IMG/VR virus record: IMGVR_UViG_2595698876_000001 | Coordinates: 67,428-131,427 of that record | Length of the DNA: 64,000 nucleotides | Reading direction: 5' to 3' (one strand) | DNA from: a virus | Taxonomy: Duplodnaviria > Heunggongvirae > Uroviricota > Caudoviricetes > Herelleviridae | Part shown: positions 46,682 through 55,069 of the stretch, one piece after another | How positions within the stretch are numbered: the stretch's first letter is position 1 | Layout: each line of letters starts with the position of its first letter | Translations under genes and position numbers: made by a program | Notes under the pieces: generated by a model | Told to the model about the DNA's origin: nothing | Seen by the model: the letters and a program-made list of their open reading frames with translations, nothing else | Database searches by the model: none

Positions 46682-47977
46682 TTGACGAACAAGAAAGACA
46701 CAAGAGAAGTAGTAGGTTACATGGGTGCCTCTGCTGTCGTGATGGGTTACCTAAAACGAGAGCGCGGACAAATACCTACATCAGCTTTCAATAAGATAAT
46801 TAAAGAGCTGGGTTACGAAGGTATGCACTTAAAAGAAATGCAGACAGTAGCTTCGGATATTAACAAGGACAAAGCGTTATCTTACTTATATGACTTAGCG
46901 GTTAAAGGAGAAATCAGTTTGGATGTTATCCAACCGCCCGGAAAAGAAGATAAGGTACTAACTGAGAAAGACGTATTCCCGATGGTAACACCATACATAA
47001 CAGAAAAAGAAAATAATACGGCAAACCTTCGTGAGTTCCGCAAGATGCAGCGTGACGGTACTGCAATGAAGTTACTATTCGATAGCCTTAAAACAGAGCT
47101 TGTTGAGGAGCTTAAAGACCTACCTAAATCTAAATACATTACTTCGGTGAAGAAAGCGCCACAGCAGGGCGATAAGAGCCTTATTCTTTGTTTTAGTGAT
47201 TGGCATGTAGGAATGTATGTCATTAACGAGTCAACAGGCGGATACAACTTCGATATGCTTACACAATACGTAGATAATATCGTAGCAGAAGTATTGAAGA
47301 TGGTTAAAGAGCAGAACATCAAACACCTATACGTGTACAACTTAGGAGATATTACGGAACACATTAACATGCGTAATGTAAACCAAGCGTTTGATGCAGA
47401 AATGCACTTATCAAAACAGATTGCAACTTCTACTCGATTAACTGTAGATGTACTAAGTAAGTTATCTAAACATTTGCACGTTACATATACTCAAATTGCA
47501 GGTAACCATGATAGAATGCAAGTTTCAAAGAATGACGTAATCAGTGGTGACAGTACTGCATACGTATTACTTTCTACTTTAATTATGCTGCAAGAGGATT
47601 TAGGACAACTACCTAATGTTACTGTAGTAGATAACCGCGAATCTATGTATGCTTATACACAAGATATTGCCGGGCTAACAGTAAAAGCAGTACACGGTGA
47701 CAAAGAGAAGAAAGGTCTACATAACGTAATCGGAAAGCACGTTAAAACGAAGAACATTGATTTAATTATTATGGGTCACTTCCACTCTACTTTAATCCAA
47801 CAAGAGGATTACGCACGGTATAAAGTGGTTGTAGGTAGCCCGCAAGGAGAGAATGATTTCTCTAAGGATAACAACATGTCTTCAAGTTATGGCTCCCAGA
47901 TGATTATTGTCCTTGAGGAAGGTCGTAAGTCCCCAGTATTTTACCCATTAATGTTAAAAGAAGGAGAGATTATCTAA
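46682..47977 (+). CDS. calcineurin-like metallophosphoesterase, probable DNA-repair exonuclease (TTG start; track start 46658)
   Basis: FSDWHVG, LGDITEH, GNHD, MGHFH. RBS AAAGGAGGAAACAAT. Confidence 0.65.
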   Translation: MTNKKDTREVVGYMGASAVVMGYLKRERGQIPTSAFNKIIKELGYEGMHLKEMQTVASDINKDKALSYLYDLAVKGEISLDVIQPPGKEDKVLTEKDVFPMVTPYITEKENNTANLREFRKMQRDGTAMKLLFDSLKTELVEELKDLPKSKYITSVKKAPQQGDKSLILCFSDWHVGMYVINESTGGYNFDMLTQYVDNIVAEVLKMVKEQNIKHLYVYNLGDITEHINMRNVNQAFDAEMHLSKQIATSTRLTVDVLSKLSKHLHVTYTQIAGNHDRMQVSKNDVISGDSTAYVLLSTLIMLQEDLGQLPNVTVVDNRESMYAYTQDIAGLTVKAVHGDKEKKGLHNVIGKHVKTKNIDLIIMGHFHSTLIQQEDYARYKVVVGSPQGENDFSKDNNMSSSYGSQMIIVLEEGRKSPVFYPLMLKEGEII

Positions 47978-47978
47978 T

Positions 47979-48314
47979 ATGAATATAAAAATGGATACAG
48001 ACGGAATCAAGATAATAGAGGTTGGGACAGTAACAGGAGAGAGCGCTAGTACTTCTTACGAACTAACTCTAGTATTACCGGGTAAGGTCTCACAACTTAA
48101 ATTCGGTGAGAAACCAAAGGAAGAGCTAGTCAAACAGTTAATCGAACTTACAGGCGCTTACAAAGCCACGTTACAAGAAGTTAAGACGACTACAACCGAA
48201 TACAAAGGGAAAACGGATATCTTGTTCCATGTAAAAAACCCCGAAGTATGGAAAACAGGGTGGATGCTGGAAAACGCGGAAACTATTAAAGGGGGATTTA
48301 TAAATGGAAACTAA
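47979..48314 (+). CDS. hypothetical protein (111 aa)
   Basis: ORF coupled to its neighbour (TAATATG). Confidence 0.5.
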   Translation: MNIKMDTDGIKIIEVGTVTGESASTSYELTLVLPGKVSQLKFGEKPKEELVKQLIELTGAYKATLQEVKTTTTEYKGKTDILFHVKNPEVWKTGWMLENAETIKGGFINGN

Positions 48315-48645
48315 TAACGAGAAAGTATTAGCGAAATGGTATAAGACTCTTGAAGTAAAACACGAGTTAATTATACAGAAAGGTGGGACTAACAAGTTGG
48401 TTCTACCTGTAATGAGCTACCCTACTGACTCTGATATCGAAGCAGCATTACGATTATTCGGAGGACATCATGCAGAGATAGTAACTACAACAGTGGAGAG
48501 AAAACCGTATAGTTTAATTTCCGCTAATGACGTGGATGAGTTTTACGGGTACAATGATGAGTTAAAAGCAGAAACAGGACATATCTTCCAAACAAGTGAG
48601 ATTCGTAAAGCTGTGCTTGCACGTATGAAGGAGGACATGGAGTGA
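48304..48645 (+). CDS. hypothetical protein (113 aa)
   Basis: ORF overlapping its upstream gene. Confidence 0.5.
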   Translation: METNNEKVLAKWYKTLEVKHELIIQKGGTNKLVLPVMSYPTDSDIEAALRLFGGHHAEIVTTTVERKPYSLISANDVDEFYGYNDELKAETGHIFQTSEIRKAVLARMKEDME

Positions 48646-49031
48646 CATTATCAGCTACATATCTAGTACTCTTAGCTTGTCTAGGAGCAAGTATTATCAT
48701 TAAGTACACCGAAAACCTTTTAGGATTAATCCAAGAGGTTAAGGCAATCAAAGCGAAAGGAGAAACACCATTAACATTCCAAACTGCAAGTTGTATTGCT
48801 TTAGGCTTTGCAGTTGAGTTAGGAACATCTACATTACTAGTAATGATACTAAATGATAGATGGGAGTTACCTGCTAACTTGTGGGCTGTTGGCTTATTTA
48901 TTGGAATTTACGCGATTCGAAACTTAGCTGCTTACCTTGTTGTATGGGGGTATTGGGCTGTTATTGTTAAAATGGGTACGAAAAAAGTGAAACAAGAATT
49001 ACTAGAAGAAATTGGAGAAGAGGAGCAATAA
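48642..49031 (+). CDS. membrane protein (3-4 TM helices)
   Basis: Hydrophobic segments LVLLACLGASIII, CIALGFAVELGTSTLLVMIL, LWAVGLFIGIYAI. A terminator overlaps its end. Confidence 0.5.
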   Translation: MTLSATYLVLLACLGASIIIKYTENLLGLIQEVKAIKAKGETPLTFQTASCIALGFAVELGTSTLLVMILNDRWELPANLWAVGLFIGIYAIRNLAAYLVVWGYWAVIVKMGTKKVKQELLEEIGEEEQ

Positions 49032-49044
49032 CCTCTTCTTTTTC
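49017..49044 (+). terminator. rho-independent terminator
   Basis: GAAGAGG-agcaataa-CCTCTTC followed by TTTTTC. Overlaps the stop codon of the upstream gene. Confidence 0.65.
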
Positions 49045-49066
49045 TTGTTGACAAGCAGTAAATAGA
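49038..49066 (+). promoter_or_regulatory. sigma-A-type promoter: TTGACA-17-TAGTAT
   Basis: gttgacaagcagtaaatagaatgctagtat. Confidence 0.5.
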
Positions 49067-49104
49067 ATGCTAGTATTACATTATACTATGAGAGGGGGAA
49101 TTAT

Positions 49105-49455
49105 ATGTTTAGTTTCTTTAAAAGAAAACGGTGTAAACAGTGTGGTGAAGAGTTGAAAATGTTTACGAATGTCGATTACTGTACGTTATACTGCTCATTC
49201 AAATTTAACTACCCGAACGGTATAGATAACCCGTGGATGGCTGATGAACTTTCACACGATACATACTGTGCTTTAAGTGATATTTTATACGAGATACATA
49301 AGAGGATACCCACAAAACTAGAAATCGCTAACAGTTATATGCTTCTACCCGAGTATCTACTTAACGAAGCAGATGAATGGGGATGGGACACAGAAGTTAG
49401 AGATAAATGTTACGTATACTTGAAGGGAGAAATAGAAGATGCAAACAATGGATAA
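49105..49455 (+). CDS. hypothetical protein with N-terminal CxxC zinc-binding motif
   Basis: CKQCGEEL...CTLYC. Downstream of a sigma-A-type promoter. RBS GAGAGGGGGAATTAT. Confidence 0.5.
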   Translation: MFSFFKRKRCKQCGEELKMFTNVDYCTLYCSFKFNYPNGIDNPWMADELSHDTYCALSDILYEIHKRIPTKLEIANSYMLLPEYLLNEADEWGWDTEVRDKCYVYLKGEIEDANNG

Positions 49456-49732
49456 GGTAATGGAACTAAGTAAGAATAACAAGAAGAGTGTAGAACAGAT
49501 TGTAATGAAGATGGCGGAAGAAACAGGAGAAGTTTCCCAAGCTGCATTATCGTATTTAAATGCTAACGGTAGCTCATATAAAGGACTAGACGCAGACGAT
49601 GTAATGGAAGAATGTACGGATGTTATAATAGTGGCACTATCTCTTGTCTTCAAATTAGGAGGAGATAAAGAATACCTCGAACAAATGATGAAGAAAAAGG
49701 TAGCTAAATGGGAAGAAAAATCTAAACAGTAG
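49439..49732 (+). CDS. MazG-like nucleotide pyrophosphohydrolase
   Basis: Pattern EETGEVSQA...EECTDVIIVALSL...K..KW is typical of the small all-alpha MazG/NTP-PPase family (EExxE...ExxD metal-binding helices). Confidence 0.5.
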   Translation: MQTMDKVMELSKNNKKSVEQIVMKMAEETGEVSQAALSYLNANGSSYKGLDADDVMEECTDVIIVALSLVFKLGGDKEYLEQMMKKKVAKWEEKSKQ

Positions 49733-49745
49733 GGAGATTCGAAGT

Positions 49746-50366
49746 ATGAGAGATAATCAAGATATATTCACTCTGACGAACAAGCATTTAACGTATTACA
49801 AACGTGGTTGTTTAACAGTGAATGGAGAACCCGTTTATATTGTCGAATTGGTGAAAGAGCCGGGTACAGCTCTATACGCAGTTGTATATGACGTACATAC
49901 CCCTCATCCAGTGGGACAGGGTATTAAACCGAAGAAGAAAGCTAGAAAGGTAACAACTAGAGTTAACACATTTAGTACAAAAACAGTATTAGGTAGGATT
50001 GCCAATAGTGTGATTCCATCTAAGAAGCAAGATACATGGGTAGAAGAGCCTTGTTTGTTTATCGCGCCAATCGTACCTAATGGGATATCTACTTTAACAG
50101 GTAAGCGTGAAGATGGGTTCTTTGAACGCGAGAGAGACACACAACGTAGTATCGGTGGAGAGATGAAGTGGGAACGCGGTTCGAATACCGGAGTATTTAT
50201 TGGTCTATCATCGGTTACGTGGTTTGAAGACCTATCTATCCCGGTGGAATCTATCATAAAAGCTATCATTAAAGAGCAACAAGAACAAAGCGATTTCTTC
50301 GATTTAACAGGAAACAACGAGGATAAGTCAAATCCACTATCAAGATATTATAAAAGTTTAGATTAA
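49746..50366 (+). CDS. hypothetical protein (206 aa)
   Basis: ORF with RBS TAGGGAGATTCGAAGT. Confidence 0.5.
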   Translation: MRDNQDIFTLTNKHLTYYKRGCLTVNGEPVYIVELVKEPGTALYAVVYDVHTPHPVGQGIKPKKKARKVTTRVNTFSTKTVLGRIANSVIPSKKQDTWVEEPCLFIAPIVPNGISTLTGKREDGFFERERDTQRSIGGEMKWERGSNTGVFIGLSSVTWFEDLSIPVESIIKAIIKEQQEQSDFFDLTGNNEDKSNPLSRYYKSLD

Positions 50367-50371
50367 AGTTG

Positions 50372-50400
50372 TTGACTTTTAGGAAATAATAGTTTAATAT
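50372..50400 (+). promoter_or_regulatory. sigma-A-type promoter: TTGACTTTTAG-17-TAATAT
   Basis: gttgacttttaggaaataatagtttaatat. Confidence 0.6.
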
Positions 50401-50431
50401 AAAAGCATAGAGAAGTTAAGGGGGAACAAAA

Positions 50432-50836
50432 ATGGATTTATTAGGATTTTTAAAGAAGCGACTATACCGTAGGGAGGAACAAATCGATATCCCATTCAGA
50501 GGATATGTATTCCTACCAGAAGGTAACTATCCAGCAGATGTATTTGTTGTAACAGTAAAAGAGAAGACTAAACTATTTGGGAAAGAACAGCAATTTGTAG
50601 AGTATCGCGTTTTCCCTGATGAGGGCATTCCGGTACCATCTAAAGAAAATGGGCACTTACCTACAAAAATCTGGTCAGAAACAGTACGAGCTGGTAGCTA
50701 TAAAGAAGCTCTAAGCCGATTAGCGAATCATGTAGAGTGGAGACGTATGATGGAAGGTAAAGATGGATGGGATAGTAGTATTACATACAAGAAAGTAGAA
50801 TTTGATAAGCCGCTATTCGGAGCGGACATGGAGTGA
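50432..50836 (+). CDS. hypothetical protein (134 aa)
   Basis: Downstream of a sigma-A-type promoter. RBS AAGGGGGAACAAAA. Its 3' end overlaps the HNH gene by about 35 nt. Confidence 0.5.
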   Translation: MDLLGFLKKRLYRREEQIDIPFRGYVFLPEGNYPADVFVVTVKEKTKLFGKEQQFVEYRVFPDEGIPVPSKENGHLPTKIWSETVRAGSYKEALSRLANHVEWRRMMEGKDGWDSSITYKKVEFDKPLFGADME

Positions 50837-51587
50837 TTTAATGGCAAATCGTAACAAAGGGTTAGATAGAGTAGGTGAAACTAGAATTAGTAGGGAAGGT
50901 TACATAATGGAATGCGTAGCTTACAATGATGCTAACAATATTGTAGTTAAATTTGACAACGGGTACGCTACCTCTACTAGTTGGCAATCATTCAATATGG
51001 GTACTGTAAAAAATCCGTACCATGCCAGTGTACATGGGGTCGGATACATGGGGGTAGGTAAATACACAAGCAAGGATGAAAACGGCGAGTACAGAGCGAG
51101 TTATAAAACGTGGAAGAACATGTTAAACCGCTGCTATAACAACAACGAGGCTTACACAGGTTGTGGAGTTACCAGTGAATGGCTTAATTACCAGAACTTC
51201 TCTGAGTGGTACGATAAACACTATTATTACATAGGAGAAAGTTTACATCTAGATAAGGATATACTAGTTAAAGGTAACAAGTTATATTCTCCATATACAT
51301 GTGTATTCGTACCTCAAATATTCAACAAATGCTTCACCAAGAGAGAAAGTTGTAGAGGTAGTTATCCTATAGGTATAACGTATAAGAGAGGTAAGTTCCA
51401 CGTTCAAATAACAATGAAAGGTTCTACTACACACATAGGAGTTTTCACTAGTGTTGACGAAGCATTCACGGCATACAAAAGGAACAAGGAACAATACATA
51501 AAAGAGTTAGCGCATGAATATAGAGACAAGATACCTACTAGACTATTCGAAGCGTTAATGAATTATGAAGTAGAGGTTACAGATTGA
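50802..51587 (+). CDS. free-standing HNH homing endonuclease (paralogue of 44136..44780)
   Basis: Same signature family: GYIMECVAYNDANNIVVKFDNGY...YKTWKNMLNRCYNNNEAYTGCGVTSEWLNYQNFSEWY, plus a C-terminal DNA-binding region. Confidence 0.65.
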   Translation: MISRYSERTWSDLMANRNKGLDRVGETRISREGYIMECVAYNDANNIVVKFDNGYATSTSWQSFNMGTVKNPYHASVHGVGYMGVGKYTSKDENGEYRASYKTWKNMLNRCYNNNEAYTGCGVTSEWLNYQNFSEWYDKHYYYIGESLHLDKDILVKGNKLYSPYTCVFVPQIFNKCFTKRESCRGSYPIGITYKRGKFHVQITMKGSTTHIGVFTSVDEAFTAYKRNKEQYIKELAHEYRDKIPTRLFEALMNYEVEVTD

Positions 51588-51596
51588 GGTGAGATT

Positions 51597-52310
51597 ATGG
51601 TTAAACGCTTTTACGAGCAGGATATTAAGGAACTTATTCTTAATAAACGTCACGTATTTATAAAGGACAAGTCTACAAAGTCAATCGTGTTATTTGAAAA
51701 AGCAATCGATATCGGTAGCTGCATCGCGGACTGTCTTATCTTTACTGAGAACGAGTTAATCGGGGTAGAGATTAAGACAGAGCGAGATAGTACAAAGCGG
51801 TTGAATAATCAGTTAAAAAGTTACAGTACTATTTGTGACCGGGTTTATGTTCTGGTACATGACAAGCATGTAGAAAAGACAGAAGAGATTCTAGAGCGTA
51901 ATGGTCACGGTCATGTAGGGATTGTAAGCTACACAGAGTTCCGTGAAGAGCCTGTAGTTGGTATCTATAAGGAAAGTTATAAGTCACCTAAGAAGAACGT
52001 ATACACGATGTACCACTCGTTACTATGGAAAGATGAAGTAAATCAGCTCTTAGGTTCCATGAAGCGACAGGTGGCTACTCTAGAGGAGTTTGGATACAAC
52101 GTGTCTACAGCAGATAGCCGTAACGAGAAAGGGCTTAACGGTCTTCTAGTACAGTCTATGGCTAGTAAACGTCTTCGTAAAGGTGACATGATTAAAATGA
52201 TTATAGGTAGATTAGGAGAAACGAAATCAAATTCGCTCCTATGCAATATATACATAAACAAGAAGCTACACATTGAGAAGAATCTAAGATATTATCATTT
52301 CAAAAACTAA
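51597..52310 (+). CDS. PD-(D/E)XK-type nuclease-like protein
   Basis: Candidate D...ExK core: IADCLIFTENELIGVEIKTERD. Function inferred from motif only. Confidence 0.35.
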   Translation: MVKRFYEQDIKELILNKRHVFIKDKSTKSIVLFEKAIDIGSCIADCLIFTENELIGVEIKTERDSTKRLNNQLKSYSTICDRVYVLVHDKHVEKTEEILERNGHGHVGIVSYTEFREEPVVGIYKESYKSPKKNVYTMYHSLLWKDEVNQLLGSMKRQVATLEEFGYNVSTADSRNEKGLNGLLVQSMASKRLRKGDMIKMIIGRLGETKSNSLLCNIYINKKLHIEKNLRYYHFKN

Positions 52311-52322
52311 GGGGGAAGTATA

Positions 52323-52472
52323 ATGGCGTTATCAGCAGAATTAGAGACAATCTTTATGCTGGAAGATGTAGCGAATAACACTGGGTTAAACATGGACGAT
52401 GTTGTTAGTGTAGTTAAAGAGTGGGAGAAACAAAAAGAGAAGAATAAAAAGAATCATGGGGAGGAATTTTAA
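52323..52472 (+). CDS. small protein (49 aa) paralogous to the N-terminus of 52796..53425
   Basis: RBS TAAGGGGGAAGTATA. MALSAELETIFMLEDVANNTGLNMDDVVSVVKEWEKQKEK versus MGLSEQLTTLMRLEEVSSFTGVKMDEVVLVITEWEKIKER. Confidence 0.45.
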   Translation: MALSAELETIFMLEDVANNTGLNMDDVVSVVKEWEKQKEKNKKNHGEEF

Positions 52473-52780
52473 TGTTAGGTGTATTCAAAATGAATGATTA
52501 TGATTGGGTGTGCGCTCCATCAGAAAGACAAGCGAAACGATTCTACATTAATGAAACGGGTGTTCCTAGAGAAGACATGGAAGAAGACTACTTTGGTGAA
52601 GTACCTTTAACGGACACCATGTTATTCCATGAGGAAGACGTACCAGAGCTAGATGAAAAGATGTACAAGTTTACTAAAGAGGTTTGGTATGGGGAAGAAT
52701 ATTATCGTGTACCTTTCTGGTGGGTTATTCTTCAAATGGGTACAAACGAATCATATATTATCGCTAGTACAGAAGCGTGA
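52472..52780 (+). CDS. hypothetical protein (102 aa)
   Basis: ORF coupled to its neighbour (TAATG) with RBS GGGGAGGAATTTTA. Confidence 0.5.
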   Translation: MLGVFKMNDYDWVCAPSERQAKRFYINETGVPREDMEEDYFGEVPLTDTMLFHEEDVPELDEKMYKFTKEVWYGEEYYRVPFWWVILQMGTNESYIIASTEA

Positions 52781-52795
52781 GGAGGAGAAATACTA

Positions 52796-53425
52796 ATGGG
52801 ATTATCTGAACAGTTAACAACGTTAATGAGATTAGAAGAAGTGTCTTCGTTTACAGGGGTAAAAATGGATGAAGTGGTATTGGTAATTACCGAGTGGGAA
52901 AAGATAAAAGAACGAGATAAAAATATAGAAGCGTTCGAAGAAAAGGAGAATAAAAAGGAAGTAGAGTTCGATGGATTAACAAAGTCACCTGCTGCGGAGG
53001 AACTTCCACCATCTCCTATGCCTGATGTACACCGGATAGGTGAAGATTACATAGTAGCTTACTCTGAATGGGACGCAGTAACTCTCGTAATAAAAGAAGA
53101 AGAAAAAGGGTATACAGAGGTAAAAAAAAGGTATAAAGATACTTGTACACCACTAAACGCTCATGAGGCGCTGTTTAATTCGAGTTATATCGGAGAAAAG
53201 TTTCTTGAAGTAATAAAACGTACATATCCTGCGGGTGTACTTGCAGATTGGATTGAAGGGCAAAGTTTTTATAGACTACCTTTCGACTTTGTTATTACAC
53301 ACATGGACACTAAAGACCCGATGTTCTTCGCGTATATTGATAAAACCAATGGACATGACCGAGTATTCTATCGTCATTATATCGGTAGTAAGGTAGAGGA
53401 GTATTTAAGTGGCAAAGGAGAATAG
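52796..53425 (+). CDS. hypothetical protein (209 aa); N-terminus paralogous to 52323..52472
   Basis: ORF with RBS GAGGAGGAGAAATACTA. Confidence 0.5.
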   Translation: MGLSEQLTTLMRLEEVSSFTGVKMDEVVLVITEWEKIKERDKNIEAFEEKENKKEVEFDGLTKSPAAEELPPSPMPDVHRIGEDYIVAYSEWDAVTLVIKEEEKGYTEVKKRYKDTCTPLNAHEALFNSSYIGEKFLEVIKRTYPAGVLADWIEGQSFYRLPFDFVITHMDTKDPMFFAYIDKTNGHDRVFYRHYIGSKVEEYLSGKGE

Positions 53426-53927
53426 CGCCCGTAGAAGTATATCCCGTGGAGTTAATGCCCGAGGGGATGGAACCAAGAATCTTAATAATAACGGTGCAGA
53501 CGCATATAATAACGCTCTAAAGAAGAAAGAGGGTAAATACAAACCCTCTTTTGTAGAGCCTTATGACAATCTGACAGAGCGTGAATTAGGTTTAAAGCTA
53601 GAATATGCCAAAGACTTACTTTCTAAGCATCTGGGAGTCACCAGAGAGCTTATTAAGCTAGAAACAAAGCGCAGTAAGAAAGTAAATACATTAACTAGTC
53701 TTGATGAAGTGTACTATGTGAAAGTCGGTACTACTATTTTAGGTAAGATGTCTATACGTACACAGCGTACATGGAAATCTACAAGTCTATTATTCGTGTA
53801 TCAAGAGAAACAGGTTATGGCGCAAGAAGGTAAAGGAGCATTCAGTAAAACGAATGTTAAAACGAAATCAAAAGGAGTTATCGGACATGACAAAAGAAAA
53901 TCCTACAACAAAAATAAGAGAAAATGA
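53409..53927 (+). CDS. highly basic Lys/Arg-rich protein (172 aa), possible nucleic-acid-binding
   Basis: Basic composition with C-terminal KRKSYNKNKRK. ORF overlapping its neighbours. Confidence 0.4.
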   Translation: MAKENSARRSISRGVNARGDGTKNLNNNGADAYNNALKKKEGKYKPSFVEPYDNLTERELGLKLEYAKDLLSKHLGVTRELIKLETKRSKKVNTLTSLDEVYYVKVGTTILGKMSIRTQRTWKSTSLLFVYQEKQVMAQEGKGAFSKTNVKTKSKGVIGHDKRKSYNKNKRK

Positions 53928-54753
53928 ACGACTGGAACAACTAAAAGAGTTGCTAGAAAGTGAAACGAAGAAGGTACATGGTATCTCTTACTTTAATGAC
54001 TTCTTTTCAAAGAACCATTTAGTTCGTTCTCACATCTTTAAAGGTGATGCAGTACTAGAAGATAATGAGCTTCGTATCGGATTCTTCATGCGAGTTGATT
54101 ATAATTCATTTACAGAGCTAGATAACACATTAGAATGGTTAGTAATGAATGAAGCTGGAGATATTCCGGGATATATTGCAGAAGGTGATGTACTAGACAA
54201 GCCACATCTAGAAGAGAAGGTATCAGAGGGGTTAAGCTTATTCACAGCAGATGTCGTATTAAACATCAAAGAACCTAATATTGTATTTGAAACCGTTACA
54301 ATCGGTGGAGAAGAGTTTGTAATTGCTAGAGTATGGAATAAGATGCCACTAGGTGAGGACGACTTTGTAGAGCAGTCAGTTAATCTACTATTCGGTGATG
54401 CTGATAAGTTTAGCTTCCTATCTCATCTTGTAGGGAAAGAACTTACAATCGATGATGGACTAGCAGTATTAGACCTTATTGAAGAAGCTAACTTACTAGG
54501 TAAAGCGGTACAGGGTGCTTCCTTTACAATGAATGGTGCAGATACATGGATTGGCTCTCACTCTGAGATGATTCAAGTATCCCGTTTATGGAGTGGTGGT
54601 TACTACTTCCGTTCAGATGCGTCTACTCTTCAACTTGATAAACACTTATTAGAATCATTAGATTTTTCAGTAGATATTGAAAAGATGTCACAGTCACATC
54701 GATTAGTATTTAAAAATGATGAAGTGACGCTTGCAATCTACTTAGAAATCTAA
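53887..54753 (+). CDS. hypothetical acidic protein (about 288 aa; ATG 53887 with RBS AAAAGGAG preferred over track start 53854)
   Basis: ORF. Last gene before the long non-coding region. Confidence 0.5.
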   Translation: MTKENPTTKIRENERLEQLKELLESETKKVHGISYFNDFFSKNHLVRSHIFKGDAVLEDNELRIGFFMRVDYNSFTELDNTLEWLVMNEAGDIPGYIAEGDVLDKPHLEEKVSEGLSLFTADVVLNIKEPNIVFETVTIGGEEFVIARVWNKMPLGEDDFVEQSVNLLFGDADKFSFLSHLVGKELTIDDGLAVLDLIEEANLLGKAVQGASFTMNGADTWIGSHSEMIQVSRLWSGGYYFRSDASTLQLDKHLLESLDFSVDIEKMSQSHRLVFKNDEVTLAIYLEI

Positions 54754-54809
54754 TAGTTTTACATTATAAAAGTCTCACTACTTAGTGGGGCTTTTTAGTT
54801 TGCGCTAAA

Positions 54810-54910
54810 CAGGTTTCTGTTGACTAATCGTAAACAAAAAGTTTCTGTACAAGATACTAAATATTCTGTAAAATAGAAAGTAACACTACCTAGTGGAGTT
54901 TTCTGTCTTT
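54810..54910. repeat. cluster of short direct repeats (G)TTTCTGT x4 plus two related hairpin-like elements within a 316-bp non-coding region
   Basis: ggtttctgttgac, agtttctgtacaag, atattctgtaaaat, gttttctgtcttt. Also tcactacttagtgggg (about 54776) versus acactacctagtggag (about 54884). Confidence 0.45.
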
Positions 54911-55069
54911 TTCGTTTTATTTAGGAAATTGCTAATAGATTTATTATATTATAGATAGAGTGCAAAAAAGCCTATGATAACCGCATTCTTAGGAGGTAAC
55001 TACCTCGTTTAATATATAGCAATATTCAAAAGGGTTAGAAAATAAAACGATGAAAAGGTGGAAAAATTA

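Noticed and set aside
54766-54800. Terminator call for CTCACTActTAGTGGGG followed by CTTTTTAG
   Set aside because: The stem is imperfect (mismatched G) and short. Retained only as part of the repeat finding, not as a confident terminator.
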